DNA of 64,000 nucleotides, from NCBI GenBank assembly GCA_963789865.1, contig CAWBMD010000005.1, positions 15,465 to 79,464 of the forward strand. The letters run 5' to 3'. The translations under genes were made by a program, and so were the position numbers. The notes beneath the pieces are model-generated. The model saw only the letters and a program-made list of their open reading frames with translations. It had not been told where the DNA came from and did not search any database. The stretch is from an uncultured Chloroflexia bacterium. Its GTDB lineage: Bacteria > Chloroflexota > Limnocylindria > Limnocylindrales > CSP1-4. Positions 48,159 through 57,928 of this stretch are shown in pieces (the stretch's first letter is position 1; every line of letters starts with the position of its first letter).

Positions 48159-48605
48159 TCAGCGGTCGGCATCGGGCATGGGCCGCACCATCCAGGTCTC
48201 CGGATACGCGAGGGGCTCGAAGCCGAACCCTGCGTACAGTCCGTGCGCGTCCTGGGTCGCCAACATCATCCGATTGAGCCCCTGGAGCCGCGGCTCCGCG
48301 ATGATCGCCGCGATCAGCCGCTTCCCCACCCCGCGCCCGCGGACGGACTCGTCGACGAAGACGTCGCAGATCCAGGCGAAGGTCGCCTCGTCGGTGACCA
48401 CCCGCGCGAACCCGACCTGCCGTCCACCGGCATACGCCCCGAAGCACAGCGAGTGCTGGAGGGACCGCTCGACCACGGAACGGCTGCGCCCGAGCGCCCA
48501 GTAGGCGCGCCGCGACAGGGCCGGAGCGAGCCAGTCGAGATCGAGCTCGGCCGGATCCGTGCTGATCCGCAGGTCGCCTTCGATATCGTCGGGTCCGGCC
48601 GTCAT
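48159..48605 (-). CDS. GNAT family N-acetyltransferase
   Basis: …ARVVTDEATFAWICDVFVDESVRGRGVGKRLIAAI… (acetyl-CoA binding motif A). Confidence 0.75.
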   Translation of the reverse strand: MTAGPDDIEGDLRISTDPAELDLDWLAPALSRRAYWALGRSRSVVERSLQHSLCFGAYAGGRQVGFARVVTDEATFAWICDVFVDESVRGRGVGKRLIAAIIAEPRLQGLNRMMLATQDAHGLYAGFGFEPLAYPETWMVRPMPDADR

Positions 48606-48750
48606 GGCCTGATGGTACGCGGCAGAACACAGGGGAAACCCTGCGGAGCGGACGTTCACGGGCCTATGATCTGGACAACCCGACCACCGCACTGGTGGCG
48701 CGTGCTCGTCCCGGACCGCGTCGATGTGACCGCATAGCACCGGAGGCACC

Positions 48751-49470
48751 GTGGAAGCCACCCGCAAGGCACCCTACTCCGTCTACAACGACGGCACGGG
48801 GCCGTACGCCATGTTCACCTGCGAGTCGTGCGGTCGCGACTACCGCGCGCAGCCGGTCCTCGTGGAGGAGGTCAAGGAGACCGTCGCCAAGTCCGCCTTT
48901 GGCGGGCTGCTTCGCAACATCCCGATCGTCGGCAACTCCGCCGCCAACCAGGTCGACAACGACCGCTATCGGAACACGCTGACCAACGACGAGCTCGAGA
49001 AGGCCTGGGCCGAGGTGAAGGTCAACTTCGCCGAGTGCCAGTCCTGCCGCCGGGTCGTGTGCATCCCCGACTTCGACATGGCCTCGGGCTTCTGCAAGGA
49101 GGACTCGCCGCGCAGCGAGGAGCTCCAGGCCCGGGATGCGCAGCAGGCCGGCGCGGCCGCCGCGAGCTTCTTCGGTGGCATCGCGAACGCGTTCGGGATC
49201 CCCGACGCGATGAAGGCCGCGGCCGCCCAGCAATCCGCTGGGGTCGCGCCCGGTGCGGCGCCGGCAGCAGCGCCCGGTGCAGCGGCAGCGCCCGGTACCG
49301 CGCAGGCCGCAGCGTGCGCCTCCTGCGGGGGGACGCTGGCGCCGGGAGCGAAGTTCTGCGCCAACTGCGGAACGCCCGTGCCCAGCAAGGCCTTCTGCAC
49401 CGGCTGCGGCAAGGAGCTCGCGCCGGGCGCGAAGTTCTGCGCCAACTGCGGCCAGCCTGCGGGCGGATGA
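48751..49470 (+). CDS. zinc-ribbon domain protein (multiple CxxC pairs, Ala/Pro-rich linker)
   Basis: FTCESCGRDY…CQSCRRVVC…, then (A/P)-rich repeat …AAPGAAPAAAPGAAAAPGTAQAAA…, then CASCGGTLAPGAKFCANCGTPVP…CTGCGKELAPGAKFCANCGQP (double zinc ribbon). Confidence 0.7.
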   Translation: MEATRKAPYSVYNDGTGPYAMFTCESCGRDYRAQPVLVEEVKETVAKSAFGGLLRNIPIVGNSAANQVDNDRYRNTLTNDELEKAWAEVKVNFAECQSCRRVVCIPDFDMASGFCKEDSPRSEELQARDAQQAGAAAASFFGGIANAFGIPDAMKAAAAQQSAGVAPGAAPAAAPGAAAAPGTAQAAACASCGGTLAPGAKFCANCGTPVPSKAFCTGCGKELAPGAKFCANCGQPAGG

Positions 49471-49596
49471 CCTCGCCCGCGGGGCAACTGCTGCGGGACG
49501 CCTGAATCGGAAGCGCCCCCGGGGCCGAAGGCCCCGGGGGCGCTGTTCGTTCGGTGCCAAGGTCACCGCGGCGACTGCCCGGTTCGAGCGCGCGAC

Positions 49597-52184
49597 CTAC
49601 TTGGCCAGGTGCCGCTGCATCGCCGCCTTGCGGGACAGGTTGACGCGGCCCTGGCGGTCGATCTCGGTGACCACCACCATGACCTCGTCGCCAACGGACA
49701 CGACATCCTCGACGGACGGCACGTGGTAGTCGGCGAGCTCGCCGATCCGGATGAGCCCCTCCTTGCCCGGGCAGGATCTCGACGAAGCAGCCGAACGTCA
49801 TCAGCCGGGTGACCTTGCCCAGGTACAGGGCGCCGATCTCGACCTCGCGGGTGAGGCTCTCGATCCAGTTGATCGCCTTGCGCGAGTTCTCGCCCGAGAC
49901 AGCCGCGATCTCCACGGTGCCGTCGTCCTCGACGTTGATCTCGGTGCCGGTCTCCTCCTGGATCTTGCGGATCATCGATCCGCCCTTGCCGATGATCTCG
50001 CGGATCTTCTCCGGGTTGATCTTGATCGTGATGATCCGCGGAGCGAACTCGGACATCTCCTCGCGCGCCGACGGCAGCACCGAGGTCATCTTGTCGAGGA
50101 TGAACAGGCGGGCGGCGAGCGCCTGCTTGAGGCCCTCGCGGATGACCCGCTCGTCGATGCCCTTGACCTTGATGTCCATCTGGAGGGCGGTGATGCCCTC
50201 CGTGGTGCCCGTCACCTTGAAGTCCATGTCGCCGATCGAGTCCTCCTTGCCGAGGATGTCGGTCAGGACCACGAAGTTGCCCGTGTCGCCATCGATGCAC
50301 GAGGCCCATCGCCGCGCCGGCCACCGGTGCCTTGATCGGCACGCCGGCGTCCATCAGCGCGAGCGTCGAGCCGCACGTCGAGGCCATCGACGTCGAGCCG
50401 TTGCCGGCCACGACCTCGGACACGAGGCGGATGACGTACGGGAACTCCTCCTGCGTCGGGAGCACCGGCAGGAGCGCCCGGGCGGCGAGGTTGCCGTGCC
50501 CGATGTCGCGGCGGGACGGCCCGCGCATCGGCTTGTTCTCGCCGGTGCTGTAGGGCGGGAAGTTGTAGTGGTGGAGGTACCGCTTGGAGAGCTCCGGGCT
50601 GATCGTGTCGATCCGCTGGACGTCAGAGGACGGCCCAAGGGTGGCGACGGTCAGGGCCTGGGTCTGGCCGCGGGTGAACAGGCCGGAGCCGTGCGCACGC
50701 GGCAGGAGGCCGACCTCGACCGAGATCGGGCGGATCTCGTCGGTGGCGCGGCCGTCCATGCGGATGCCCTCGCGCAGGACGAGCTCCCGGACGGCCTTCT
50801 TCTGGACCAGTCCGAACAGGCTCTTGCTCAGGCGCGCGTTGCGACGGGCCGCCTCGAGGAGCCTGGCCGACTCGTCCTTGTCGGTGCGCGTCGCGCGGAC
50901 GGCCGTGGTGATGCCGTCCCTCAGGGTCTCGATCCGGCCGGGCAGGTCGTTGCCGAACCAGATCAGCAGGTTCGCAGTGGCCTCGGCGTCCGGCAGCGCC
51001 CGGTGGTTCTCGGTGAGCTCGACGCCGAAGAAGTTGGCCAACGTCCCGAGCTTGTAGTTCTCGAGATCCGGGTAGCCCTCGCGGGCGATGACGAGCGTAT
51101 CCAGGTACGTGCCCTGCGCGACGCGGGTGCCGTCGCCGAGGGCCTCCTCGATGAACGCGATGTCGAAGCCGACGGAATGGCCGACGAACGGCGCGTCGCC
51201 GACGAACTCCAGCACCTTGCGCGCGGCCTCGGCCGGGCTCGGGGCGCCCTTGACGTCCTTGTCGGTGATGCCGTGCATCTGGTTGCCGACGATCGGACGA
51301 CCGGGGTTCACGAGCGTGGACCACGTGTCGGTGACCTTGCCGCCCTTGACGCGGACCGCCGCGACCTCGACCAGGTCGGCCATCTTCGGGTCCGTGCCGG
51401 TCGTCTCGACGTCCACGACGACGAACTCGCCGCCCGCCTTCGCCAGGTCCGCGAACTTGAGGACGGAGTCGGTGAGCGGCTCGAGGTACGGGATGAGCTT
51501 GGGCTTGCCGACGAGCTCCCGCAGCTTGTCCTGCAGCTCGACGAGCGGCAGCAGCGACCGCTGGGCGAACAGGATCGCCTCGGCCATCACGTCCTCGGGC
51601 AGGATCTTGACCCCCGCCTCGACCATCATGATGGCGTCACGGGTGCCGGAGACGACGAGGTCCAGGTCGGATCCCGCGAGCTCGGTGTAGGTCGGGTTGA
51701 GGACGAACTCCCCGTCGATCCGGCCGACACGCACTGCGCCCACTGGACCCTGGAACGGGATCTCGCTGATGGTCAGCGCGGCGGACGCCGCGATGGTGCC
51801 GAGGACGTCCGGGTCGTTCTCCTGGTCGGTCGAGAGGACCGTGATCACGAGCTGGACGTCGTCCTTGTAGCCCTCGGGGAACAGCGGGCGGATCGGGCGG
51901 TCCGTCAGGCGCGCCGCGAGGGTCGCGGCCTCCGACATCCGGCCTTCGCGCTTGATGAAGCCGCCGGGGATCTTGCCGGCCGCGTACATCCGCTCCTCGA
52001 ATTCGACGGTGAGCGGGAAGAAGTCGAGCCCGGGCCGCGGCAGGCTGCGGTTGGCCGTCCCGAGGACGAGGGTGTCGCCGTAGCGCAGGGTGACGGCGCC
52101 ACCCGCAAGGCCGGCCAGCTTGCCGGTCTCGAGCGTGAGGGTTCGACCGCCGAACTCGATCTCGAGCGTGGTGGGTGTGGGCAC
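49597..52184 (-). CDS. pnp: polyribonucleotide nucleotidyltransferase (PNPase) with an inserted DEDDh 3'-5' exonuclease domain. Two apparent frameshifts (~50275, ~49765).
   Basis: RNase PH-1 (…[22 protein letters not shown]…), then DnaQ-like insert aa ~253-425 ([10 protein letters not shown]…[10 protein letters not shown]…[13 protein letters not shown]), RNase PH-2 (…[14 protein letters not shown]…[10 protein letters not shown]…), and KH/S1 (…[25 protein letters not shown]…GRVNLSRK) in shifted frames. Stop at 49597. Confidence 0.85.
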
Positions 52185-52269
52185 GTGTGAACGACCTCCT
52201 TGGTCGTGACGGGATTGGAGCGACCCGCGGCGGGTGGGATCGGGCGGCGGCGAGGAGCCGGATGCGCGA

Positions 52270-52292
52270 GACCCCGGGGTTCCCCCGGGGTC
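52270..52292 (-). terminator. perfect 10-bp stem / 3-nt loop hairpin between rpsO and pnp (rpsO terminator / pnp leader processing hairpin)
   Basis: gaccccgggg-ttc-ccccggggtc lies in the 122-nt rpsO-pnp intergenic region. This is the position where an RNase III-processed autoregulatory hairpin is known in other bacteria. Confidence 0.6.
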
Positions 52293-52306
52293 TGAAGCGG
52301 CGAGTC

Positions 52307-52603
52307 CTAGCGGCGGAGTCCGAGCGAGCCGATGACGGCCCGGTAGCGCGTGGCGTCCTTCTTCACGAGATACGCGAGAAGGCGCCGGCGCTGGCCCACG
52401 AGCTTGAGGAGGCCGCGACGCGAATGATTGTCCTTCGGGAAGCGGCGGAGGTGCTCCGTCAGGTCCCGGATCCGCTCCGTCAGGAGCGCGATCTGGACCT
52501 CGGGCGATCCCGTGTCGCCGTCCTTGACGGCGTACTCCGTGATGACCTCTTGCTTCTTCTCCCGCGCGAGCGGCACTCGATCCTCCGACACGAACGATGG
52601 CAT
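52307..52603 (-). CDS. rpsO: 30S ribosomal protein S15
   Basis: [79 protein letters not shown]… Canonical S15, immediately upstream of pnp. Confidence 0.9.
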   Translation of the reverse strand: MPSFVSEDRVPLAREKKQEVITEYAVKDGDTGSPEVQIALLTERIRDLTEHLRRFPKDNHSRRGLLKLVGQRRRLLAYLVKKDATRYRAVIGSLGLRR

Positions 52604-52700
52604 GACTGTTTCTTTCCTGTCTTTGACCGGCGGAGGATAGCAGGCCGTCGCATGATCGGGCAAACGCCCCCGGCCCCGACGCGTCCCGGTGGGACCCCAG

Positions 52701-54089
52701 TCAGGCCATCGTCATCGCCCGATCCGGCCGGAGGAGATACGGCGGCAGGTAGGCCGGGAGGTTCGAGAACGGCATCACATCCGGGTGGAGCCGGATCCCG
52801 AGCGCGTCCGCCATGAAGCTGCGGCGTGCCTCGATCCGCCGCCAGGCCTCCGGGTACGCGGCCGCGAACGCCTCGCGGAGGGACGCGTCCGCCAGTGCGA
52901 CCCCATCCTCGATGTTGGTCGTGAACCAGGGCGAGCCCGTCGCCGGGATGATGTCCACCTGGAGGGCCATCCCGGACCGAATCACGGTCCGGGACCCGCG
53001 GAAGATCGGCGAGCCCACCCACTCGTCGAGGTGGATCTGGTGACCCGGGTTGAGGAAGATCCCGTAGAACGGGTCGCCGAGGTGGCGATCGATGATCGCG
53101 GCCAGGGCCCCGCCGGTCTGTCCCACGTGGAGCGCCTCGTACCACTCTGCGACGGCGCCGAAGTACGGCCCGACCAGGCGGTCGACGTAGTCCCTGATCC
53201 CGTCCGCCAGCTGGTCCGGTCCCTCGACGACGAACCCGGCCCGGCACGTCAGCGCGCCCCAGATCCCAAAGGCGACGGTGAACGGGTCCCCACGCTCGAT
53301 CGGGCGCTCCGCGGGACTCAGGAGCCCGGCGGACGCGCGGGGTCCGGCGGTGAGCATGAGGTGGCATGACAGGGGCGTCCCGTCCCAGCCCAGGAGGCGG
53401 ACCGCCGCGTCCTCGCGCAGCCCCGGCCGCAGGCCGAGGAGCAGGTTCCGGATCCCGTCGGAGGTCCGGCACGACGCGTGCTCCAGGACCGCAAGCTGGT
53501 CCACGTCGTTGATCACCCGCAGGCCGTCCGCGGCGTCGATCAGGAGCCCGTTGGCGTTGTGCACGACCCCGCCCGAACCGACCAGCCGTCGCAGCTCGTC
53601 CGCCAGGAAGGACGGGACCTCGAGCATCCCGGGGTCAGCGTACGACTTCCAGCCGAGCACGCCGACCCGCACGCCCGGTCCGATCCCCTCGCCGCCCAGG
53701 ATCTCCGCCAGCGGTCGTGAGCGGTCGCGCGGCTGCGCCGGCAGGCTCAGGTCCTGGAACAGGTGCCGGCGCATCCGCAGCGGCGCCGCCCCCGCCACCC
53801 CGAAGCACTCGTTGCCCACCAGGATCGCGGGTTCGGCAGGCTGGTCGTGCACGTCCAGCACGAGGACCGCCTCCTCGAACCGCGGGTCGAACCCGGTCAG
53901 GAACGCGAGGTTCGCGCTGTGCTCGCGGTCGGCATACACCACCAGGCGGTCGTAGCCGTGCTCCGCGGCGCGCTCCCGGAGCCGTTCGACACGGGCGGCA
54001 TACGCTTCCGCCGGGATCGACGGCCTGGGGCCGTGCGGGCCGAAGTCCGGCATGCCGACCTCGGCCACCCTCGCCCTCGCCATGCTCAT
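52701..54089 (-). CDS. M24-family (creatinase/prolidase fold) peptidase-like protein
   Basis: N-terminal creatinase-like domain (…[24 protein letters not shown]…) and C-terminal pita-bread region (…[19 protein letters not shown]…GMALQVD…). The metal-ligand set is not clearly canonical. Confidence 0.6.
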   Translation of the reverse strand: MSMARARVAEVGMPDFGPHGPRPSIPAEAYAARVERLRERAAEHGYDRLVVYADREHSANLAFLTGFDPRFEEAVLVLDVHDQPAEPAILVGNECFGVAGAAPLRMRRHLFQDLSLPAQPRDRSRPLAEILGGEGIGPGVRVGVLGWKSYADPGMLEVPSFLADELRRLVGSGGVVHNANGLLIDAADGLRVINDVDQLAVLEHASCRTSDGIRNLLLGLRPGLREDAAVRLLGWDGTPLSCHLMLTAGPRASAGLLSPAERPIERGDPFTVAFGIWGALTCRAGFVVEGPDQLADGIRDYVDRLVGPYFGAVAEWYEALHVGQTGGALAAIIDRHLGDPFYGIFLNPGHQIHLDEWVGSPIFRGSRTVIRSGMALQVDIIPATGSPWFTTNIEDGVALADASLREAFAAAYPEAWRRIEARRSFMADALGIRLHPDVMPFSNLPAYLPPYLLRPDRAMTMA

Positions 54090-54105
54090 GCCTCCCGTCG
54101 GGCGC

Positions 54106-55775
54106 TCACGGGTTCGCCGCCTGGAACGGCCGCACGCTCGCCGCTCCCCGCTCGACCACGATCACCTGGTCGGCCGTCGCCGGCAGCCATGGCCCCGTCT
54201 CGCCATCGGGCCAGTGGACCCGGACGTCGACCTGTGTCGCCGGGCCGAGCCCGACGTGCAGCGGAACGAGAGCGCCGCCGATGTGTCCCCCGCCAACCGT
54301 GATCTCGCGCTGCACGACGGTGTCCCCGATGCGGACGTCGACCCACGACCCGATCGCGTCCCTGTTGCCACCCGGCTGCTGGAGCCCGATGCCGAGCCAG
54401 TGGCCCATCGCCACCGGAGCGGTCGCCGTCCCGGCCCCGACATTGCGCCACACCCGAACAGGCGCGCCGAGATTGACCTCCACGAGGTCCGGGAGGCCGT
54501 CCGCGTTCAGGTCGGTCACGACGGCACCGCGCCCGCGGTCGAAGGTGACGATCCCGGCGTCGCCCGCGCCCTCGACGAACGTCCCGTCCGGCTGGCCGAG
54601 GAACAGGTTGCTCGGATCCTGCGCGGCGTAGTCCGGCATGGCGTTGACGTTCCCCTTGGACACGAACAGGTCGATGAAGCCGTCGTTGTTCACGTCCTGG
54701 AACTCCGGGTGCCAGGCCGTCGAGGGCAGTGCTTCGCCGCCGGCGAACGGCTCGGGCCGCCGTCACCCCGCGCTTGAGCGCGATGTCGCGGTAGCTCGGC
54801 TGTGCGGGGCCGGTCGCCAGGGTCTGGAGCTTGTTGTCGCCCTGGCTCGTCAGGTACACGTCCGGATAGCCGTCGCCCGTGACGTCATAGCTGGCGATGC
54901 CCATCCCCCAGATCTGCATGCTCACCCACCCCTCGTCTGCCGTGTAGAGACGCGGCGCCTCACCGGGCTGGATACGCCACAGCTGGTCCTCGCCGTCGGT
55001 GTAGTACTGGCGGTCGTTGGTCACCCGCAGGTCCCGGCGTCCCGACCTGTCCCAGTCGCTGAACAGCATCGACAGCGTGCAGTACCCGGGGGCAAGTGGC
55101 ACCGCTGGGGCGTACCGAGCTTCCGCCGGCCGTGGGCCTCAGCAGGAGGCTGGCAGCACAGTCGGAGGTCAGCTTGCCCGACGAGTCGAGCTGGAGGTAG
55201 TTGCCGACCGCGAGCGTCGGGAGCGCCGCGGCGCCCTCCCAGGTCGCGCTGAAGGCCGTCGCGAAGCCGCCGCCGCCATCGAAGCCCCACGACGCGTCCG
55301 CCTGCTCGAACCGGCAGTCGCCGAGCCCGCGCAACAGGTGGGCGCCGCCGACCTGGAGGATCGCGAGGTCCACCTTCCCGTCACCGTCGACGTCGAGCGG
55401 ATAGGCTCCGTTGACGCCCACGACGTCTGTCACGGGGTCGGCGACGCGCGCAAATGCGAGGGCGCCGCCCGGGGCGCTCTCGTTGCGATACAGCGCGGCC
55501 GGGTTGCCACCGCCGGCGAAGTACAGGTCCGGCCGGCCGTCGTTGTCACAGTCGAACGCCGCCACGCCGCCGCCCGTCGCGAACGTCGCATCGCCGTCGT
55601 ACGCGTGGCCGATGCCCGCCGTCGCCGTCTCGTCCACGAAGCGCGGCGCCACGGCGGCGACGGTCGGCGTGACCCGGCCCCCGCGCAGGATGCCCGGTCC
55701 CACCAGAATCACCGCCCCGGCGGCCGCCACGACGATGACGAGGCCGCCGAGGACCGCGACGCGCCGGCGGGTCAC
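54106..55775 (-). CDS. CRTAC1-family protein (FG-GAP/VCBS repeats + ASPIC/UnbV domain). At least two apparent frameshifts (~55100, ~54750).
   Basis: Signal/TM N-terminus. Repeated …DCDNDGRPDLYF…, …DVDGDGKVDL…, …DVTGDGYPDVYL…, …MNNDGFIDLFV…, …DLNADGLPDLV… and a C-terminal UnbV-like …VDVRVHWPDGE… Pieces lie in three frames. Confidence 0.75.
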
Positions 55776-55811
55776 GAGCCACCCCGGGGGATCACGAGCC
55801 GTGCCGACCGG

Positions 55812-57731
55812 TCACGAGCCCGTTGTCCCGGCGTAGTAGCGCTGGGCCAGCGCCCAGGCTGCCTTCCCGCACTCCGAGCCGAGGCGGCGGCCGGTCAGGT
55901 CGTCGGCCTCGACGTGGATGCCTCCCCACAGGCGGGACCGGCCGGCCTGGTCCGCCGCGTCGTAGTAGGTCGCCCACTGGAGGGTGATGGGGCTCGTGGG
56001 GCCCTTCTCGAACTTCAGCGATCCCGCCGGGATCGTGTAGCCGCTCTCGCCGCCGGGAAAGTACTCGCTGCCCGTGAAGCCCACCAGCACCTCGGCGGCC
56101 GCCCGGCTGAACGTGCTGTGACCAGACGCGTACGCCGGGAAGCTCGGCGTCACGAACGTCGAGGCCTGGTAGGGAACCCAGTCCGCCGCGAGGATCCACT
56201 TGACCCCGCCGATCTGGGTCTTCGGGTGGGCCGGGGGACCGGACCAGGCCAGGATCGCGATCTCGCCCTCGTGGCCGGCCAGCGCCGCGTGGCGCTGGCC
56301 GGGAGCGGTCGTCTCCCTGGTGATCAGCTCCACGAGACCCGGCACAAGCGGCAGGCCCTCCTTGTCGTAGGACGGCTGAGCCGGGTCGCTGGACTGACCC
56401 TTCCCGCCCATGTACCGGATCATCGAGATCGGCCGCGACGTGTCGTAGTGGCCCTTCAGGCCCCAGGCCGCGATCGCGGCGTCGTGCACGGCACCGTTGA
56501 GGGCGAGGTAGAGCTTGGTGTCCCACTGCAGGCGGTCCACGACCGGGCCGGTGCCGCCGATCCGGAGGTCCGGGGCGAGCTCGTCGGAGGCGAGGTTGGC
56601 GAGCACGTTCCAGTGCCCGGGCGGGGTCTCCGAGTTCGGGCCGTCCGCCCAGAACTCCGCCATGACTCGGCCGAAGTCGCCCTGGTTGACGACGTCCGGC
56701 GGGTACGGCTGTCCCGTGGCCGGGTTGACCGTATGCCCCGTTCCGTCGTTGGTGCCGAGGTCGTTGTTGCCGATCGCGCCCGGCGAGATGTCGACCGTGG
56801 CGTCGATGGTCGGATCCAGCCGGCTGCTGAGGCGGATCACCTCGACGGCCTGGTCCTTGAACTCCTGGTCGGTCGCCGGATCTCCAAGGCGGGGCGGCGC
56901 GCCCGGATCGATGGGTGTCCCGTTCGGCCCGCCCGCCGGCAGGGCGAAGCTGGTCACGTGCCCCCAGTCGGGCCCGACCGCGACCTGGACGCCGTTGGTC
57001 ACCGGGATCCCGTTCTGCGAGATCATGTGCTCGATCTGGAGCGGCTGCCAGCGGTTGGGGTCCGTCATCGTGGTGCCGGGGCTGGCCACCACCAGCGGCG
57101 GGTTCACGGGCTTGTAGTCCGTCGACGCGTACCCGTTCGCCTGGTTCGAGCCATCCGCGAGACCCGCTGCGATCACCGCCGCCGCGATCCGGTTGCCGAC
57201 GGCGGCCGGCGAGTCGCCCTCGGTCGTGGTGACGCCCAGCGGGTAGCACATCGCGTCCATCAGGTCCGCGAACTCCGACATCGACTGGTCCGCACCCACG
57301 CTCTTGATGTAGCGGTTCGCCAGCACGCGATAGGCCGCGTAGCTGATCGCCTCGTTGCGGGCAGCCTCGACGTTCCCCGACTTCGCCTTCTCGTGCACGA
57401 AGACCCCAGACGCCGTCGGGTCGTACGCTGCCCACGCGTCCCACATCGCGGCCGAGACGTGGTAGAGGTTCCGGGCGTGGACCGTCGGCGCCGGCAGCGC
57501 CCGCCGGATGGCGTCCAGCAGCGCCTCGTCCCAGCGCCGCGCGACCGACCATTCCGGGTGTTCCGCGATCGGGGGACAGGCGGGCGTCGTCTGCCACGGC
57601 CTCACCGCGATGACGCCAACGGCCAGGGCGGCGAGCACGACCACCCCCAGCACCAGGGCGGCGGTGCGGCGGCGGCGCACAAGGCGTCGAGGCGCCGGCG
57701 CCTCGACCTGCTCAACCATCGGATCCGTCAC
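55812..57731 (-). CDS. vanadium-dependent haloperoxidase / PAP2-superfamily protein
   Basis: …TPPGHWNVLA… and …PSFPAYASGHSTFSRAAAEVL… (PAP2 / vanadate-binding motifs), N-terminal TM anchor, 639 aa. Commonly adjacent to CRTAC1 genes. Confidence 0.75.
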   Translation of the reverse strand: MTDPMVEQVEAPAPRRLVRRRRTAALVLGVVVLAALAVGVIAVRPWQTTPACPPIAEHPEWSVARRWDEALLDAIRRALPAPTVHARNLYHVSAAMWDAWAAYDPTASGVFVHEKAKSGNVEAARNEAISYAAYRVLANRYIKSVGADQSMSEFADLMDAMCYPLGVTTTEGDSPAAVGNRIAAAVIAAGLADGSNQANGYASTDYKPVNPPLVVASPGTTMTDPNRWQPLQIEHMISQNGIPVTNGVQVAVGPDWGHVTSFALPAGGPNGTPIDPGAPPRLGDPATDQEFKDQAVEVIRLSSRLDPTIDATVDISPGAIGNNDLGTNDGTGHTVNPATGQPYPPDVVNQGDFGRVMAEFWADGPNSETPPGHWNVLANLASDELAPDLRIGGTGPVVDRLQWDTKLYLALNGAVHDAAIAAWGLKGHYDTSRPISMIRYMGGKGQSSDPAQPSYDKEGLPLVPGLVELITRETTAPGQRHAALAGHEGEIAILAWSGPPAHPKTQIGGVKWILAADWVPYQASTFVTPSFPAYASGHSTFSRAAAEVLVGFTGSEYFPGGESGYTIPAGSLKFEKGPTSPITLQWATYYDAADQAGRSRLWGGIHVEADDLTGRRLGSECGKAAWALAQRYYAGTTGS

Positions 57732-57829
57732 GACGGGGCCTCCTCACGCACGCAACGCGACCGTGCCACGCCCGCATCGAGGCCGATGCGGGCCGGTTGT
57801 GCGGCCACACTCTAGCGAGACGGCGAGCT

Positions 57830-57871
57830 TCGGCCAAGCCGCGGACTTGATCGGCCAAGCCGCGGACTTGA
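57830..57871. repeat. perfect 21-nt tandem duplication (tcggccaagccgcggacttga x2) in the divergent haloperoxidase / ROK promoter region
   Basis: Read directly. Immediately followed by a TTGACA hexamer and the inverted repeat tgccag-N-ctggca with an internal cacgcgtg palindrome (57869-57900). Confidence 0.8.
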
Positions 57872-57928
57872 CATGCCAGCACGCGTGGCCCAGTCTGGCA
57901 CAAGTTTGGGAGAAAGGAACACAAACCT

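Noticed and set aside
55017-57815. 932-aa plus-strand ORF
   Set aside because: Antisense to the CRTAC1 and haloperoxidase genes, with Arg/Gly/Asp-rich junk composition.
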